Below the pieces are notes generated by a model. It did no database searches and was not told where the DNA came from. It saw only the letters and a program-made list of their open reading frames with translations. A program made the translations under genes and the position numbers. Shown in pieces: positions 1 to 14,300 of a stretch of DNA of 64,000 bases (its first letter is position 1; each line of letters begins with the position of its first letter). This DNA comes from Mobula birostris (taxonomy: Eukaryota), in assembly GCF_030028105.1 (NCBI RefSeq), contig NC_092377.1, positions 134,449,356-134,513,355 on the forward strand, given 5' to 3'.

Positions 1-145
1 CATCCTAGAAAGGAGAAAAGAAAGAGGATGATGACATTATCGCTACGGAAATAGAAGGATAAACGAGACCTCACTTCACAAGGAATTAGCAAATTCAGAG
101 ATATTCACAAGAAAGTAGAAGTAAGGTGAGGAAAAGAAAGAGAAG

Positions 146-753
146 TTGTTGAAAAGGAGAGAAGCGAGGATTGAAGTAGTTCCAGAGAGAAAAGCCAAGA
201 AAAGGAGGTGTCTAGAGCTGTCAAAAGTACTTCCTGCGGTCTCAGAGTCAACTCCTGCAACCAGCATGGAGACGGCACTAGAACCTGGGATTGTTTTCAC
301 GACTACGTCTTACCTGCAAGCAGAGTGATCCCCCTTGTCAGGAAAGGGGTTATCCCACAAGAGTAAGAAAACCTCCATGGCAATAAATCTATTGGTCTGA
401 GTGGGGCAATTTAAAATTTACTGTGGTATGGATGTCTATATAATAGTTGTATTATGTAGTATACTGTATATATAGTATATGGATATAAGTTGTGCTGCAT
501 TCTATATTGAATTGGAGCTTGTATCTAAACAGGGAGCAGTGTTTAATTAATATTCAGTAATGTAAAAATATTTGATTAGGCACTGTTGTTTAAACCATTA
601 TGGTTATATGTATGAAGTACATGAAAGGCATTTGTCATCATGCCACTGTGTTATATGCACGTACCTCGCTTGAATTAAAAATGAAAGTACATGAGTTATC
701 TCCTGGCTCTGTATTTTAATTAGTTTAGTGTTTTGGAGTTACAAAATGTAACA
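146..753 (+). mobile_element. 3' end of a Gypsy-type LTR retrotransposon (pol C-terminal remnant, PPT, 3' LTR ~540-753)
   Basis: QERGYPTRVRKPP-like pol tail near 340-380; purine tract (aaacagggagcag) just before a TGTT...AACA-bounded ~214-bp segment. Confidence 0.65.
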
Positions 754-1225
754 AGAAGCAGTGGTTTATGTCACTGATAGTTGTGAGAAATAAACAGTAA
801 GCTGATTCAGAACTGTTTCGTGGTTTCAAGCTTTCAGGCCTGGTGATGGCAAAAATGGCCGGGATTGAAAGTGAAATGATTTCACTACTTTAACAAGTTA
901 AGAACAGTGAAGAATTTGAGTGTATCGACAATCATCTTGAATGTTACACTGAAAATGAAGATTTGAAGTATGCAATCATCGATAGCGTTGTATGAAGGCA
1001 GTCCATTATCTGCACTGATTTTGTTCATTTACATTCAAATCAAAAGAACACAGCATCGTTAGTTGGAGTAATTCCTCCACCAATAACTATTAGGAAATAA
1101 TGCACAATTTTATAGTACTGGAGTAGTTTTGTTGTTGTTTCAATTTATCTGTATTTCATCTGAATGTATAATGGTTACTCAGTTAAACACTAGCTTGTCT
1201 TCTTTTCTACCTTTTTAACAATTTC
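754..1225 (+). mobile_element. Decayed Tigger/pogo-like DNA transposon remnant
   Basis: Degenerate translation (IQNCF..GFK.., EEFECIDNHLECYTENEDLKYAII) resembles Tigger transposase C-termini. Confidence 0.45.
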
Positions 1226-2232
1226 TCCCTGTGACAACTTGGCTTTCCTCTGGGTGCTCCAGTTTCCTCACACATCCACAGACGTACGGGTTAGTTGGTT
1301 AATTGGTCATGTGGGTGTAATTAGGCAGCGTATGCTCGTTGGGCCAGAAGGGCCTGGTGCCGAGCTAAATTTTTAAAAGAAAGCAGTTTCCTCTGGCTGT
1401 GAAGTAAAGATTCCTTACAGCTGGAGCTGAGCTGATGTCAGAAGCTCGAAAGCTCTGATTCATTCGGAGGGACTGGATATCTGAAAATCACCAGCTTGTT
1501 GAATCAGACAATCAGTTAAGAAGTCAGAGAGTAATAATGGTGGATTTTTTTTTAGATTAGGGTGGTACGAATTTCAGGATGAAGTCACGAATTGGATCCA
1601 ACATTGCTTTAGCAGGAGAAGCCAGAGACTGATAGTACAAGGCTGTCGCTTGGGAGGCCTGTGACTCTTGGTGTGCCATAGGGTGCCTGGTCCATTGTCA
1701 TTTATCAGCTATATTAATGGTTTAGATGATGTAATAAGTTGGGTCAGTAAATTTGCTGATGACACTAAGAGGTTCTGCTGCTGTCTTTGATTTGGGGCCA
1801 TCATCACCTCCCTCTGGTTCCCACTCCTCCTTTCCTTTCTATCATGGTCCGATCTCCTCTCCTGTCAGAGTCCTTCTGTTGTCCTTTACCTTTTCCACCT
1901 GTCACCTCACAGCTTCTTTCTTCATTCCACCTCCCTCATCCACCCACCTTCCCCCACCTCTCACCTGTTACCTGGCAAACGTGCCCCCCCCCCACCTCCT
2001 TATTCTGGCTTCTGCCCCCTACCTTTCCAGTCCTGACGCAGGGTCTCTGCCCGAGACATTCCCCTCCATAGATGCTGTCTGACGTGCCGAGTTTGTGTGT
2101 ACAGCGCGTTGTCTCTGGGTGCTGCCCACTCCCCTGCCTTTCCACGTGGTTCCAGTGTCCAATCCTCCTCCACTACCGTCAACTGGTATCTCCAGCTTTG
2201 CGTGAAACACAGACTCTTTCTCTCCTCTCCAG

Positions 2233-2323
2233 GTTGGGCTGGACTGCTGCTCAGAACAAGCTATTCAACAAAATTGTGAAGGCGCTGTATTCAGACAGGC
2301 TGGCAAGACTGGCGAACGAGGGG
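2233..2323 (+). CDS. KANSL3: KANSL3 exon a ([30 protein letters not shown])
   Basis: Pyrimidine tract plus AG at 2231-2232; donor GTGAGT at 2324. Confidence 0.95.
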
Positions 2324-5300
2324 GTGAGTAGAGTGAGCGCTGGTAACTGTAGGCTCCATTCACATACTGAATGAACGTCGTTGGAACTGGGCTGGGGATG
2401 TAGGAGGCCATTCTGACTGCTGGAGAGACTGAAAAGACTGTGACTTGCAAGCTTGCCCTTGCACTTGGATTCCTGTGAGCACTTTCGGGCCCGTATCTGG
2501 GAAAGAATGTGCTGGCACTTGAGAGGGTCCTGAGAAGGCTCATGGGAATGATACCAGTAATGAAAGGTTTAACATTTGATGGCTCTGGACCTGTACTGGT
2601 TGGTGTTTAAAAGAATGAAGGGGGATCTCATTGGATCTTGAAAGGTAAAGGGCTAAAGAAGAAGAAACATAGAGTGGGCGTAGACAGGATGTTTCCACTT
2701 GTGGGAGAGTCTAGGACCAGAGGGGACAGCCTCAGACTGGGGGGATATCCCTTTAGAGCAGAGATGACGAAGAATAGATAGTTTCTTGATCAATAAGGGT
2801 GTCAAAGGTTACAGGGTGAAGAGGGAAAATAAATCGGCTATGATGGAATGGCGGAACAGACTCAATGAACTTAATGGCCTAATTTTGCCTCTATGTCTGC
2901 CTGGTGTTAAGAACCAGGCAGCATGATAGATCCACGCAAGTTTCCTCTCAGTAGGCTGAGTTCGCAGAGACAGGTGCTGGTTGTTAGCAGAAATCAAATC
3001 CTACTAAGCTGTGATGCTGCTGTTGGCAAGTAACCAGGCTGGCCCCTGCCAATTCGCACATGAAGAGCAGGCAGAGATACAGTCCTCCATCCAGGGTGAC
3101 TTGATGAATAAATTGTGGAAAGGTATTGTTCTAGTAGTCCTTGTGATTTACTGCAAACGGAAAACTCTTTCAGGCCAGCAACGAGCCGGTGCTGAGGAGG
3201 ATCACGGTGGATAAGTGTGCTCGCCGAATCCGCCAGGCCCTCGCCAGCCTGAACTGGGACACCAAGTTAACGCAGTGGCTGCACACAACGCTGGTGGAGA
3301 CCCTGAGCCTTCCTATGCTGGCCGCCTATTTGGACGTCCTTCAGACTCTGAAGTGCAAGGTATGCATGTTTTGGCTTCTTGTAGCGTTCTTCACTCCTCG
3401 AACTGGCCTGAAGCACGTGACGGTTTGTGAGTTTCTACCCCAATGTTATCGGACTATCGGAACGGTTCCCTGGCACAATAAGATGGACACTTGACCTCAC
3501 AATCTACCTCCTGAGGGGCAGCACAGTCGCGTAGTGGTTAGTGTAACGCTATTAAAACGCCAGTGATTAGGGTTCGATTTCTGTCGCTGTCTGTAAGGAG
3601 TTTGTCCATTTTCCCTGAGACCATGTGGGCTTCATCCAGGGGCTCCGATTTCCTCCGGTTCCAAAGGCATACAGGTTTGGGTTAGTAATTGTGGGCAGGC
3701 TACACTGGACCGGGAAGCATGAAGACACTTGCAGGCTGCCCCCAGTACTTTCTCAGACCGTGTTGGTTGTTGGCACAAACAACTCATTTCACTGAATGTT
3801 TCGATGTGCACATGACAAATAAAGCTGACCATCGCAGTGACCGTCCACTCACTAAAGACTGTCTAGCTGTATACTTCTCCCATCCTCACTTGCCTCACTG
3901 CGCCTCTGCGGTTTTGCTTGAGTTAGTTACCTGCCTCCAGTCACCACCTGCAGCCCTCACCCTTTACTCCCTCTCTGCTTGTTTGAATGCAGCTGCCAAC
4001 ACTGATCGACAAAATGATCATCTCTTCTACGGCGAAGTCCGGGGCTGCTGGAGCTGAAGCCTTGCCTTTGCTGCTGAAGCGGCCATGGGACCCTGCGGTT
4101 GGTGTCCTGTCCCATAACAAACCTGTGAGTACAGTAATTTAGAGTTTGGGATGGCTGCCTGGGAATGTTATCTGGTGAAGCAAATTGGAGAAAGCGGGCT
4201 TTCATGCAGCCTATCTGTTTTCCATTTAAGATAGTGTCGAGCCGCAGTCTCCTTCGAGATCGTCTCAGACTTGTTACTTTGTAAGTTCCCGAGGATGTGT
4301 TTGAGGACAGAGGTTGGAGTTTAGGGGTCGGGTTAATGTTGGAATTGGAGGAGTTAGAGGTCAGGCTTCCACTCTTGTGTTCAAAGACATGGGCGTGAGG
4401 ATGAAGGGCAACGGGAATCCAAGTCCCCACTCTGTGCTGGAAGGCCAGCAATGCAGATGGTTTGTCCCAGATCGGTGGGTTCTGGGATTGAATCCACACT
4501 AGCAGAAGACACAATGGTCAGTTGGCGCGCTTGGATTCTGAGCCTGGAGTTGGGGTCCCAGCATCGGCTGGTTTGGGGGTTGATACCAAAGATCAGAGCC
4601 CGAAGGTCGATCGGAAAACCAGAAGTCAAAGCATGATGGTCGAGGCCTAGAGACTGGAGGCCAGAGGCCTGTCTGGGTGGGTGAAAAGGAGGAAAAGGGT
4701 TTGTTTTACTCTGGTTGTTTTTGTTGTCTGCTTGACATTGTGGGCATGCTGTGTTGGCACCGTAATTTATGGTGGCACTTGCAGGTTGCCCCCAGCACAT
4801 CCCCTGGTGTATTGGTTGTTGATGCAAACACTGTATTTCACTGGATGTTCCTATGTATGTGTGATGAACAATTCTCCATCGGTGTCTGAAAAGGGTGAAG
4901 GGATGGGGACTCCAATTCTTTGGGTTTGTAAGGTGTTCTCTGTTTGCAGGTGAATGGTGCAGCTGAGGCTGGGGTTTACTTATTGGCTATTGCTAACTAC
5001 ACTTGGGATGCTGGTGGGGCACTAACCCAGGAGTGCGTGGTGATTTCAGGAGTGCTGCCATGTGAGAGACCCATAGTAAGGGTGTTGGCCAGGCAGTAGG
5101 ACCCCGGGCTGCAGAAGCTGGCAAGAGTGAAAGTTGGGGTATGGGATGGCGAAGTAGCTAAAGGGTAAGAACTGTCTTTTGGGAATTTGGGATAGGAGTT
5201 GTGACGTGGTGATGGCCTATGTTCTATGTCCCATGGCTGTGGTTGTGACGAGGACTGAAAACCACTACTTGAATGTTTTAACACTTGTGCTTTCCCCGGC

Positions 5301-8300
5301 AGAGTAAGATCCCAGGGTCTCCACTGCTACTCATCGCTCCCAGTGGCCCCGTAAATAACATGACATCTACCTCGCGCAGGAATCGTTTCTGGTTATCCCA
5401 GCTGTCCTGCTTGGGAAAGGTCAGTTCAGCCCCGTGCGTGTGAGTGGTGAGGTGCTTCGGACTGTGATGGGTTAATCTGTGTTGTGCCAGCATGGGTGCT
5501 CTTCCCTGAGGAGTTGTGCGCATAAACTGTGTGACAGCTTTGTAATACTGAATCACGGAGTTAGACAGGCCGTTCGGACCAAATCATCCACGTGGACCAA
5601 CGTGTTGACAAGAGAATGGGGTTGAGAGGGATAATAATCAGCCATGATCGAATGGCAGAAAACACTCAAATAGCCTAATCGCCTAATTCTGCTCCTGTGT
5701 GTTAATGGTCTTGTGTCTGTCAAAGCCGGATCCATTTGTGTGCATTCGGCCCTCATCCCTCTAAGCTGCAGCCCCTCGGTTAATGGTAAGGCTCCATGGT
5801 ATACAGATGTTGGGAAACCCTTCTCTAAGCCATGTATCTGTCCGCATGTAAAACATTAGAATTGTACCTGGTTCTACAGCTTTCTCTGGTAGCTCATTCT
5901 ATTTTCAGACCACCCTCTTTTAGATCATTCCCCTCTCACTTTGAACAGAACAGTACAGGCTGTTCAACTCGGGATGTGCAGTCCTTTTAACCTATTCTGA
6001 GATCAAATGAACCCTACCCTCTCACGTAGCCCTCCATTTTTCTATCATCTACTGGCTTCCTCCTCCTTCCTTTTCAGTCTTGATGAAGGGTCTTAACCCA
6101 AAATGTCGGCTGTTTATTCTTTTTGATAGACATTACCTAACCTTCTGAGTTCCTCCAGCATTTTGTATGTGTTACTCTGCCTGTCTAAGAGTTTCCAAAA
6201 TGTCCCTAATGTATCTGCCTCTACCACCACCCCTGGTAGCGTGACCCATACATAACTGTATGACCTGACATTTCAGCAGTATCCTAAAGAATCTGGTGAA
6301 CTGCGCACTCGACCGGGGTGACCATTGCTGGAGTGGGCATGGGGCTGGATTGAAACTTCAGGCTGGAATAAAGAGACGGGGCCCGGGCCCTGCAGCAAAA
6401 AAATGAACCAATGTTTAGCCAATTTAAGCGCTGAGCCAGATTAAAAAGATTGAGGTGTCAGAGCCAAGGGGCGAATGACAAACTGGTGTTCAGCTCACGA
6501 ATCCTTGAGGGTTTACTCTCGCCAGCATGGAACTGGCTCTGCAGCTATGTGCTGCAGCCTCTGGGGCTCCTGGACTGGCTCTGTGGCTGTGGACTCACCT
6601 TAGGGGATTCTGTAGTTCACGTTCTGTGTTTTATTTGTTTACTTTTTTTTACTGTTTGCCCAATTTGTTCTTTTCTTCGCACATTGGATGTTTGACAATC
6701 TTTGCGGTGAGACATTTTTGTGGATTTTATTGTATTTCTTTCTTTGTATTGTGGATGCCTGCAAGAAGGCGAATCTCGAGGATGTACGTGGTACACATAC
6801 TTCGATAATAAATGTACTTTGAACTTTGTACAAGATAAAAAAAAAAGATCAGCAACATAATGTCCCAATTCCTGAACCCAACACCCAGACCGATAAAGGG
6901 CAGCTTGCCAAACTGAGCCAATAGGCTGGTCCTGGACTTATTTTCCATCTGGCATAGTTTGCATTTTGTTGTTTGATTGTTTGTGGTTTTTGTATTGCTA
7001 AATTTATGCTCTGTTCTTGTTTGGTGCGGCTGTAACAAAACCCAATTTCCCTCGGGATCAATAAAGTATATCTATCCATCTATCTATCCAAACACTACCT
7101 TCAACACCCTACATACCTGTGTCGCCACTTTCAGAGAACTATGTACCTGTACCCCAAGGTTCCTCCCACCCCTACCCACTGAATTGGGAAGGAGGGGTCA
7201 GAGAGAGGGTTAACTCTTCACCCTTTCCCACTGGGCTGAAGAAAGTATAAGATACCATAAGACATAGGAGCAGAATTAAGCCATTTGGCCCATTCGATCA
7301 TGGCTGATTTATCATCCCTCTCAACCCCATTCTCCTGCCTTCTCCCTGTAATCTTTCATGCTCAGGCTAAACAAGAACCTATTAACCTCTAATTATATTC
7401 AATGACGACATCCACGGCTGTCTGTGGCAATGAATTCTACACGCTCTGAATAGGGCCCCTGGCCCCTGGTAGTAAAGGGAGGGAGGTGGCAGTGGAGGGT
7501 TTGAGTTGGGTGTAGATATTGAGAAGAGGGGGCTTTGGGTGCGTGTAACAAGGGGTGGAGGGGTGAGGCAGATGTTTGGCTTCAGTGGAGGAGAGAGCTG
7601 TGTGTACATGTGGAGGCCATTAGGCAGTTGCTGGCTGGTTGAGGGAATGCAGTTCTTGTCGTCCTGGAGTGTTGTGTGAAAGGGCGGTGGGGGGTGTGGG
7701 GAGGAAGGTCACAACTGGGTCTTCTTGCAGGGGTTTCACTGCTGGCTCTTGCCCAACAGGTTATCCCAGTCACCGTGCACATTGCCAACGGTGGCTCAGG
7801 AGTGAGTGTGTCGCAGTGCCTGGAGCACATGATCGGGGCTGTTCGAGCAAAGATCCTGGAGGTCGGTGGTGTGATGCTCTGAAGTTAGTGACAAAAGATG
7901 CTCCTCTCACCTCCCAGCTTCTCATCTCATCCTCCCTCCCCCATCCACCCACCTACTTACCTTCCCCAACCTGGCTTCACCTCTCTCCTTCTAGTTTGTA
8001 CTCCTCCTCCTCGACCCCACTACCTTATTCTGTTGTCATTCCCCTTTTTGGGTCGGGAGCTTTTGATGAAGGGTCTTGGCCCAACTTTTCCCATTCTTCT
8101 GGCGTGCTTCCTGGGGTAGGATCTGGGATGTAGCTTTGAATTACAGTATTTCAATGGAGCAATGAATCCAAGTTCACAATGTGTGGTACAAATTGTAACT
8201 GTATTTCTGTCTGTCTCTTTCAGCTACAGACTCACTTTCCAAGCAGACCGATTGTACTGATGGGTTGGAATGTCGCGGCTCTCGTTGCTTGCCACGTAAG

Positions 8301-11300
8301 GTGTCGTGAGTCTGGCCTGTCAGATCTGGGCTCTCACTTAGCATGGTGTAGCTCATCTCAGACTTCTGTACTCGCTTCTCTGCCATCAAAGGGTGGCCCT
8401 TGCATTAGCTTGCGCCGCACTTCACCTGGAGAAGCGTTGCTTTATTTTATGGCTGAGAAATCAGCGCTGGGAAGCAAAAACATAAGCAGGAGGCTAAGTT
8501 ACAGAATGTAAACAGTAAAGCACAGGAACATATTCTTTAACCCTCTGTGTGCCGAGCATGATGCTAATTAAACTAAATCTCTTCTGCCTCCACATGATCT
8601 ATATCCCTGTAATCCCTGGGTATTCATGTGTCTGTCTAAAAGCGTTCACCGCTGCTTTTACCACTCCAGTAACTAACACTATCAAAATAGGAATTTATTC
8701 TAACCCCCACTCTCTCCCCCATTCCCCATCCACTTGCATGCTGGTCCTCTAGTAATTGACATTTCTACCCAGGGAATTGCATGTGATAAGAAATAGGAGC
8801 AGGAGTAGGCCATCTGGCCCATCGAACCTGCCCCACCATTCAATAAGATCATGGCTGATCTGTCCGTAAACTCAGCTCCGTCTACCTGCCTTTTCCCCAT
8901 AACCTTTAATTCCCCTACCATGTAAATATCTATCTAACTGTATCTTAAATATATTTAGTGAAGAAGCCTCAACTGCTTCCCTGGGCAGAGAATTCCACAG
9001 ATTCACCACTCTCAGGGAAAAATATTTTCTTCTTATCTCCGTCCTAAGTCTTCTCCCCTGAATCTTGAGGCAATGTCCCCTAGTTCTAGTCTCACCTACC
9101 AATGGAAACAACTTTCCTACTTCTATCTTATCTATCCTTTTCAAAACTTTGTATGTTTCTATAAGATCCCCTCTCATTCTTCTGGATTCCAGAGAGTATA
9201 GTCCCAGGTGACTCAATCTCTCCTCATAGGTTAACCCCTTCATCTCTGGAGTCAACCTGGTGAACCACCTCTGCACTGCCTCCAAAGCCAGTATATCCTT
9301 CCTCAAGTATGAAGACCAGAACTGCACACAGTACTCCAGGTGCGGCCTCACCAGTACCCTGTATAGTTGCAGCATGACCTCCCTACTCTTGAATTCAATT
9401 CCTCTAGCAACGAAGACCTATATTCCGTTTGCCTTCTTAATAACCTGTTGTACCTGCAAGCTAACTTTTTGCGATTCATGCACAAGCACTCCCAAGTCGC
9501 TCTGCACAACAGCATGCTGCAATCTTTCACCATTTAAATAATAATCTGCTCTTCTATTATTCCTTCCAAAGTGGATGATCTTGCATTTACCAACGTTGTA
9601 TTCCATCTGCCAGACCTTGACCCACTCACATAACCTATCTGTATCCCTCTGCAGACTCCCCACATCCTCTGTACAATTTGCTTTTCCACTCAGTTTAGTG
9701 TCATCAGCAAATTTTGCTATGCTACACTCAGTTCCCTCTTCCAAATCATCAATGTAAATGGTAAACAGCTGCGTGCCCAGCACCGACCCCTGCGGCACCC
9801 CACTCACCACTGACTACCAACTGGAGAAACTCCCATTTGTACCAACTCTCTGCCTTCTATTGGTTAACCAATCCACTATCCATGCCAATACACTTCCTCC
9901 GACTCCATGCATCTGTATCTTATTTATAAGTCTCTTGTGCGGCACCTTATCAAACGCCTTCTGGAAATCCTACATTGCCTACATCCTTTTTTAAAAAGTG
10001 GCGTGACATTTGCTGTCCTCTAATCTGCCGGGACCTGCCCAGAGTCAAGAGAGTTTTGATAAATGATTACCAACGTGTCTACTGTAACCTCTGCCAATTC
10101 CCTCTGCACTCTGGGATGCATCCCATCAGGACCAGGGGACTTATCTACCTTCAGATCCTCTAATTTGCTCATCACTATCTCTTTAGCGACAGTGATTTTA
10201 TCAAGGTCCTCACCTCCCATTTCGTCCATAACATCATTCTTTGGCATATTAGACATGTCCTCCACTATGAAGACCGACACAAAATAGTTGTTCAATGTCT
10301 CAACCATTTCCTTATCACCCAATATCAATTTCCCCTTCTTGTCTTCCAAGGGACCTACATTGACTTTAGCCACCCTCTTCTGTTTTATATATTTATAAAA
10401 ACTTTTGCTGTTTTTATATTTTGTGCTAATTTATTTTCATACTCTATCTTACCTTTCCTTATTTCTTGTTTAGTTGTTCTTTGTTGCTTTTTTAAAGTTT
10501 TCCCAATCCTCCTGTCTTCCACTACTCTTTGCGACTTAGTATCAAATTAAAAGCTCATGTGTACAATCTTTTATTTCCTTAGTTGTCCAAGGCTGGCTCT
10601 CCCCACACTTCCTGTCCTTACCTTTGACTGGAACATACTTTTGTTGAGCATTGTGAAAAATCTCTTTGAAAGTATTCCACTGTTCCTCAACTGTCCTACC
10701 AAATAGCCTATGCTCCCAATCCACATTAGCCAACTCCCGTCATCCTGTTGTAGTCTCCCTTGTTCATGCATAATACACTAGTTTTAGATCTAACTATTTA
10801 ATCCTCCATCTGTATGCGAAATTCAATCATACTGGGATCACTCTTTCCAAGAGGATCCCTGATTACAAGATCATTAATCTTACCTGTCTCATTGCACAGG
10901 ACTAGACCTAAGATAGCATTTTCCCTTGTAGGTTCACTAACATGCTGCTCAAGAAAGCCATCACGGATGCATTCTATGAAGTCTTCCTCAAGACTTCCTT
11001 GACCAACTTGATTCACCCAATCTATGTGGAAGTTAAAATCCCCCTTGACAACTGTCATTCTGTTCTTACAAGTCTCAGTTATTTCTTGGTTAATTGCCTC
11101 TGCCACTGCAATATTTTTATTAGCTGGCCTATTGACAACTCCAACCAGTGATTTCTTTAACCTCTACCCAGATGGACTCAACATTCTCCTCTGTAGATCT
11201 TATATCGTCTCTCACAATCGCCCTGATCTCATCCTTAATTAAGAGTGCCACCCCACCTCCTTTGCCTTCCTGCCTATCTTTCCGTATTTCCTGCTACCCT

Positions 11301-14300
11301 TGGTTTTATACATCTTCAGTGTAACTTCCTGAACTTGTCTTCAATGCCTTGCCTCAGGCGCTGTGTGTGTGCTCAAATTCCTCAGGCAGTATGCACGTGC
11401 ACAGAGTCCACAAGGAACTCCGGTTACTCTCTGCCTCTTGTTCCCTGCATATTTGCTGTCTGGCATTCCGTAAGACACAGAGACAAAATTAGGCTATTCA
11501 GCCCATCAGATCTAATCTGGCAATCCGTCATGGCTGATTTGTTATCCCTCTCAATCCCATTCTCCTGCTTTTTCCATAACCTTTGATGCCCTTACTAATT
11601 AAGAACCTATCGACCTCTGCTTTAAATATACCCAATGACTTGGTCTGTGGCAATGAATTCCACAACCTCACCACCCTCTGGCTGAAGAAATTGCCCCTCA
11701 CCTCTGTTCTGAAGGGACGTCCTTCTATTCTGAGGCTGTGCCCTCTGGTCTTAGACTCCCCCATGATAGGAAACATATAGTTCCCACACCTCCTCTGGCT
11801 TCCCTTCAGTCATGTGTTCTGCTGATGTTTCTGCCCATCCCATGGCATTATAAACATTAAGCAAGTTTGGGAAACATACAACCTGCTGACTGCTCGGTAT
11901 ATTAGTCAAAGTGATTTATGTCACTCCTTTTGCAACTTTAGGATCTTCCATGGTGGTTTTCAGCCAACTTTGTATTGATGTGTACTCGCTACATACTGGT
12001 GACCCCCCCCTCCTCCCCCCACCCCTACGTTTGGGCTGTTCGTGTGACAGGAATTCACTCTTTAAAAAATTCAACATTCAATGTATATTTATTATCAAAA
12101 TACATACATGTTTCCTTGAGATTCATTTTCTTGCAGACATTTACAGGGGGAAAAATAAAATAGAATTTATGAAAAATTATGTATAAGCAGATTGATGAAC
12201 AACCGGTGTGCAAAAGACAAATTTTGCAAGTAAAAAAAATAATACTGAAAACATGAGTTGTAAAGAGTTCTTGAAAGCTGGTCTGTAGCCCTGGGTCATA
12301 GAATCAGTTCAGAGTCGTGATGAAGGAAGTTATCACAATCACAGATCTGACTTGGAATAAAATTCACTCTTGGGCAATTTGTGAGGGAGTTGGAAGTTGA
12401 GGAAGAAAAGTAAATAAATGCAAGATTTTTAAAACTTACATTTTTTTGATGCATGCACAGATGGCGAAGGTTTGCATTACATAAAATCACGAAACAGGCA
12501 GAATTCTAGGAACACCTCACTGTACCACGAGGGTCACCGGTACTGAATAGAATGGAGCCTGAGGTTATCTTCTATCTGTGCAGGTTTCTGTGATGGAGTT
12601 TGTGTCGGCTGTTGTCTGCCTTGGATTTCCTCTTCTCACTGTGGAGGGACCCAGAGGAGTAAGTGTCAAATTGCTTTAATTTCTTAAAAGTGATTTTTGG
12701 GATAAGCATTGGTGGTTAAATATAATTATATTTCAATTCAAGGAATGTTCCTGGGTACAGAACAGGCTAGACACAAGGTATAGCTCTCCATGCACTTCCT
12801 TTTGTATACTCCAGGGTGGGACATTCTGGAATGGATATAGGTAAAGCTCCCCTACCCTCTCATGTGGTTTCAGGGCAGAACACCTTGAGAAGACCCATGC
12901 GTCTCACAGGGGGGACGTGCAGACGACTTACAGATGATGTCAGAATTGAACCTTGAACTCTGACGCCCCAAGCTCGGACAGTGCCATGCTAACCGCTGGA
13001 GTATTGGGGTTGATGTAGGACGGGTTGAAATGGGCAGTTTTTGACTAGCACAGACTTTATGGGCTGAAGGGCGCGTACCCGGGAACTTCAGGGAGCAACT
13101 CTGAGTTGGAAACAGCTTGGTAACTGTTGGGTGTTCTGGTTTCCTCCCACAGTCCAAACTCTCGTGAACTCCCCTCAAACTCGAGCACTTACTCTCATAC
13201 TAAGGGCAGTTTACAGCTGTCACAGCCTACGACTTAGCAGTACAGGCAACACTTGTGGGCTGCCTCCAGCACGTCTTTGACCTGTGCTGGCCATTGACGT
13301 AAGCGAAGCATTTCTCCGTATAGCACAGAATGCTGGAATAAAGAGCTGACCCAGCTGACCTTGAGGCCGTGGTCGGTTGCAGTGCTGTTAATTGCTCTGG
13401 ACTCTGCTTTCAGGATGTTGATGACCCACTGCTGGATATGAAGACCCCTGTACTGTTTGTGATCGGGCAGAACTCAGTCCAGTGCAGCACAGATGCGATC
13501 GAGGATTTCAGGGAGAAGCTGCGAGTTGAAAACAGCTTGGTGATTGTTGGGGGTGCCGACGATAATCTCAGGTAGTCACCTTGTTGTGGTAGCGTTTCCA
13601 TGACTGATGTTAGAAGGTTGTGGGTTCAAAAGCACTCCAGAATCTTAAGTCCTGACGAAGGGTCTCAGCCTGAAACGTCGCTGCACCGCTTCCTAGAGAT
13701 GCTGCCTGGCCTGCTGCGTTCACCAGCAACTTTTATGTGTGTTGCCAGAATCTTAAGCCTTCAGTTTCACTTGTGTCAACGAAGATCAGATTTGGGTTCT
13801 GTCCATATGTGAATGTACCACATTATTTGTCGTTTTCAGAGTCATCGGTTTGTTTCAGTAGTGATGAGGCCACCTGTCTCATTGAGTTTATGCTGGGTTC
13901 TGTAGAACAATCCTCTACAGTCCATTCCTCACCCTTAGCTCTGAGCCCTGCAAGTATTCATTCACACCTGATGTAATTTTTCATCCTAATTGACTGTCGC
14001 CTGTGGCAGCAGGAGTTGAGTTATTGACTGTTGGATCCTCTGCTTTAATAATAATGACCCACTCAGGTTTTCCTCAAATGTTTCACCTTTTACCCTCAAC
14101 CCATAACTTCTAGTTCTAATCTCACCCAACTTCAGTGGGAAAAGCCTGCTGGCATTTACCCTTCATAATTTTGTATAGTTCTACCAAATCTCCCCTCATC
14201 TTAGGGAATAAAGTCCTAACCTATACCATCTTTCCCTCAGATCCTCGAGCCCTGGCCACATCTTTGTAAATTTTCTTCATTCCCTTTCAATTTTATTGAT

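Noticed and set aside
3515-3600. tRNA gene
   Set aside because: A/B boxes are present but there is no cloverleaf; it continues into a SINE body repeated across the window.
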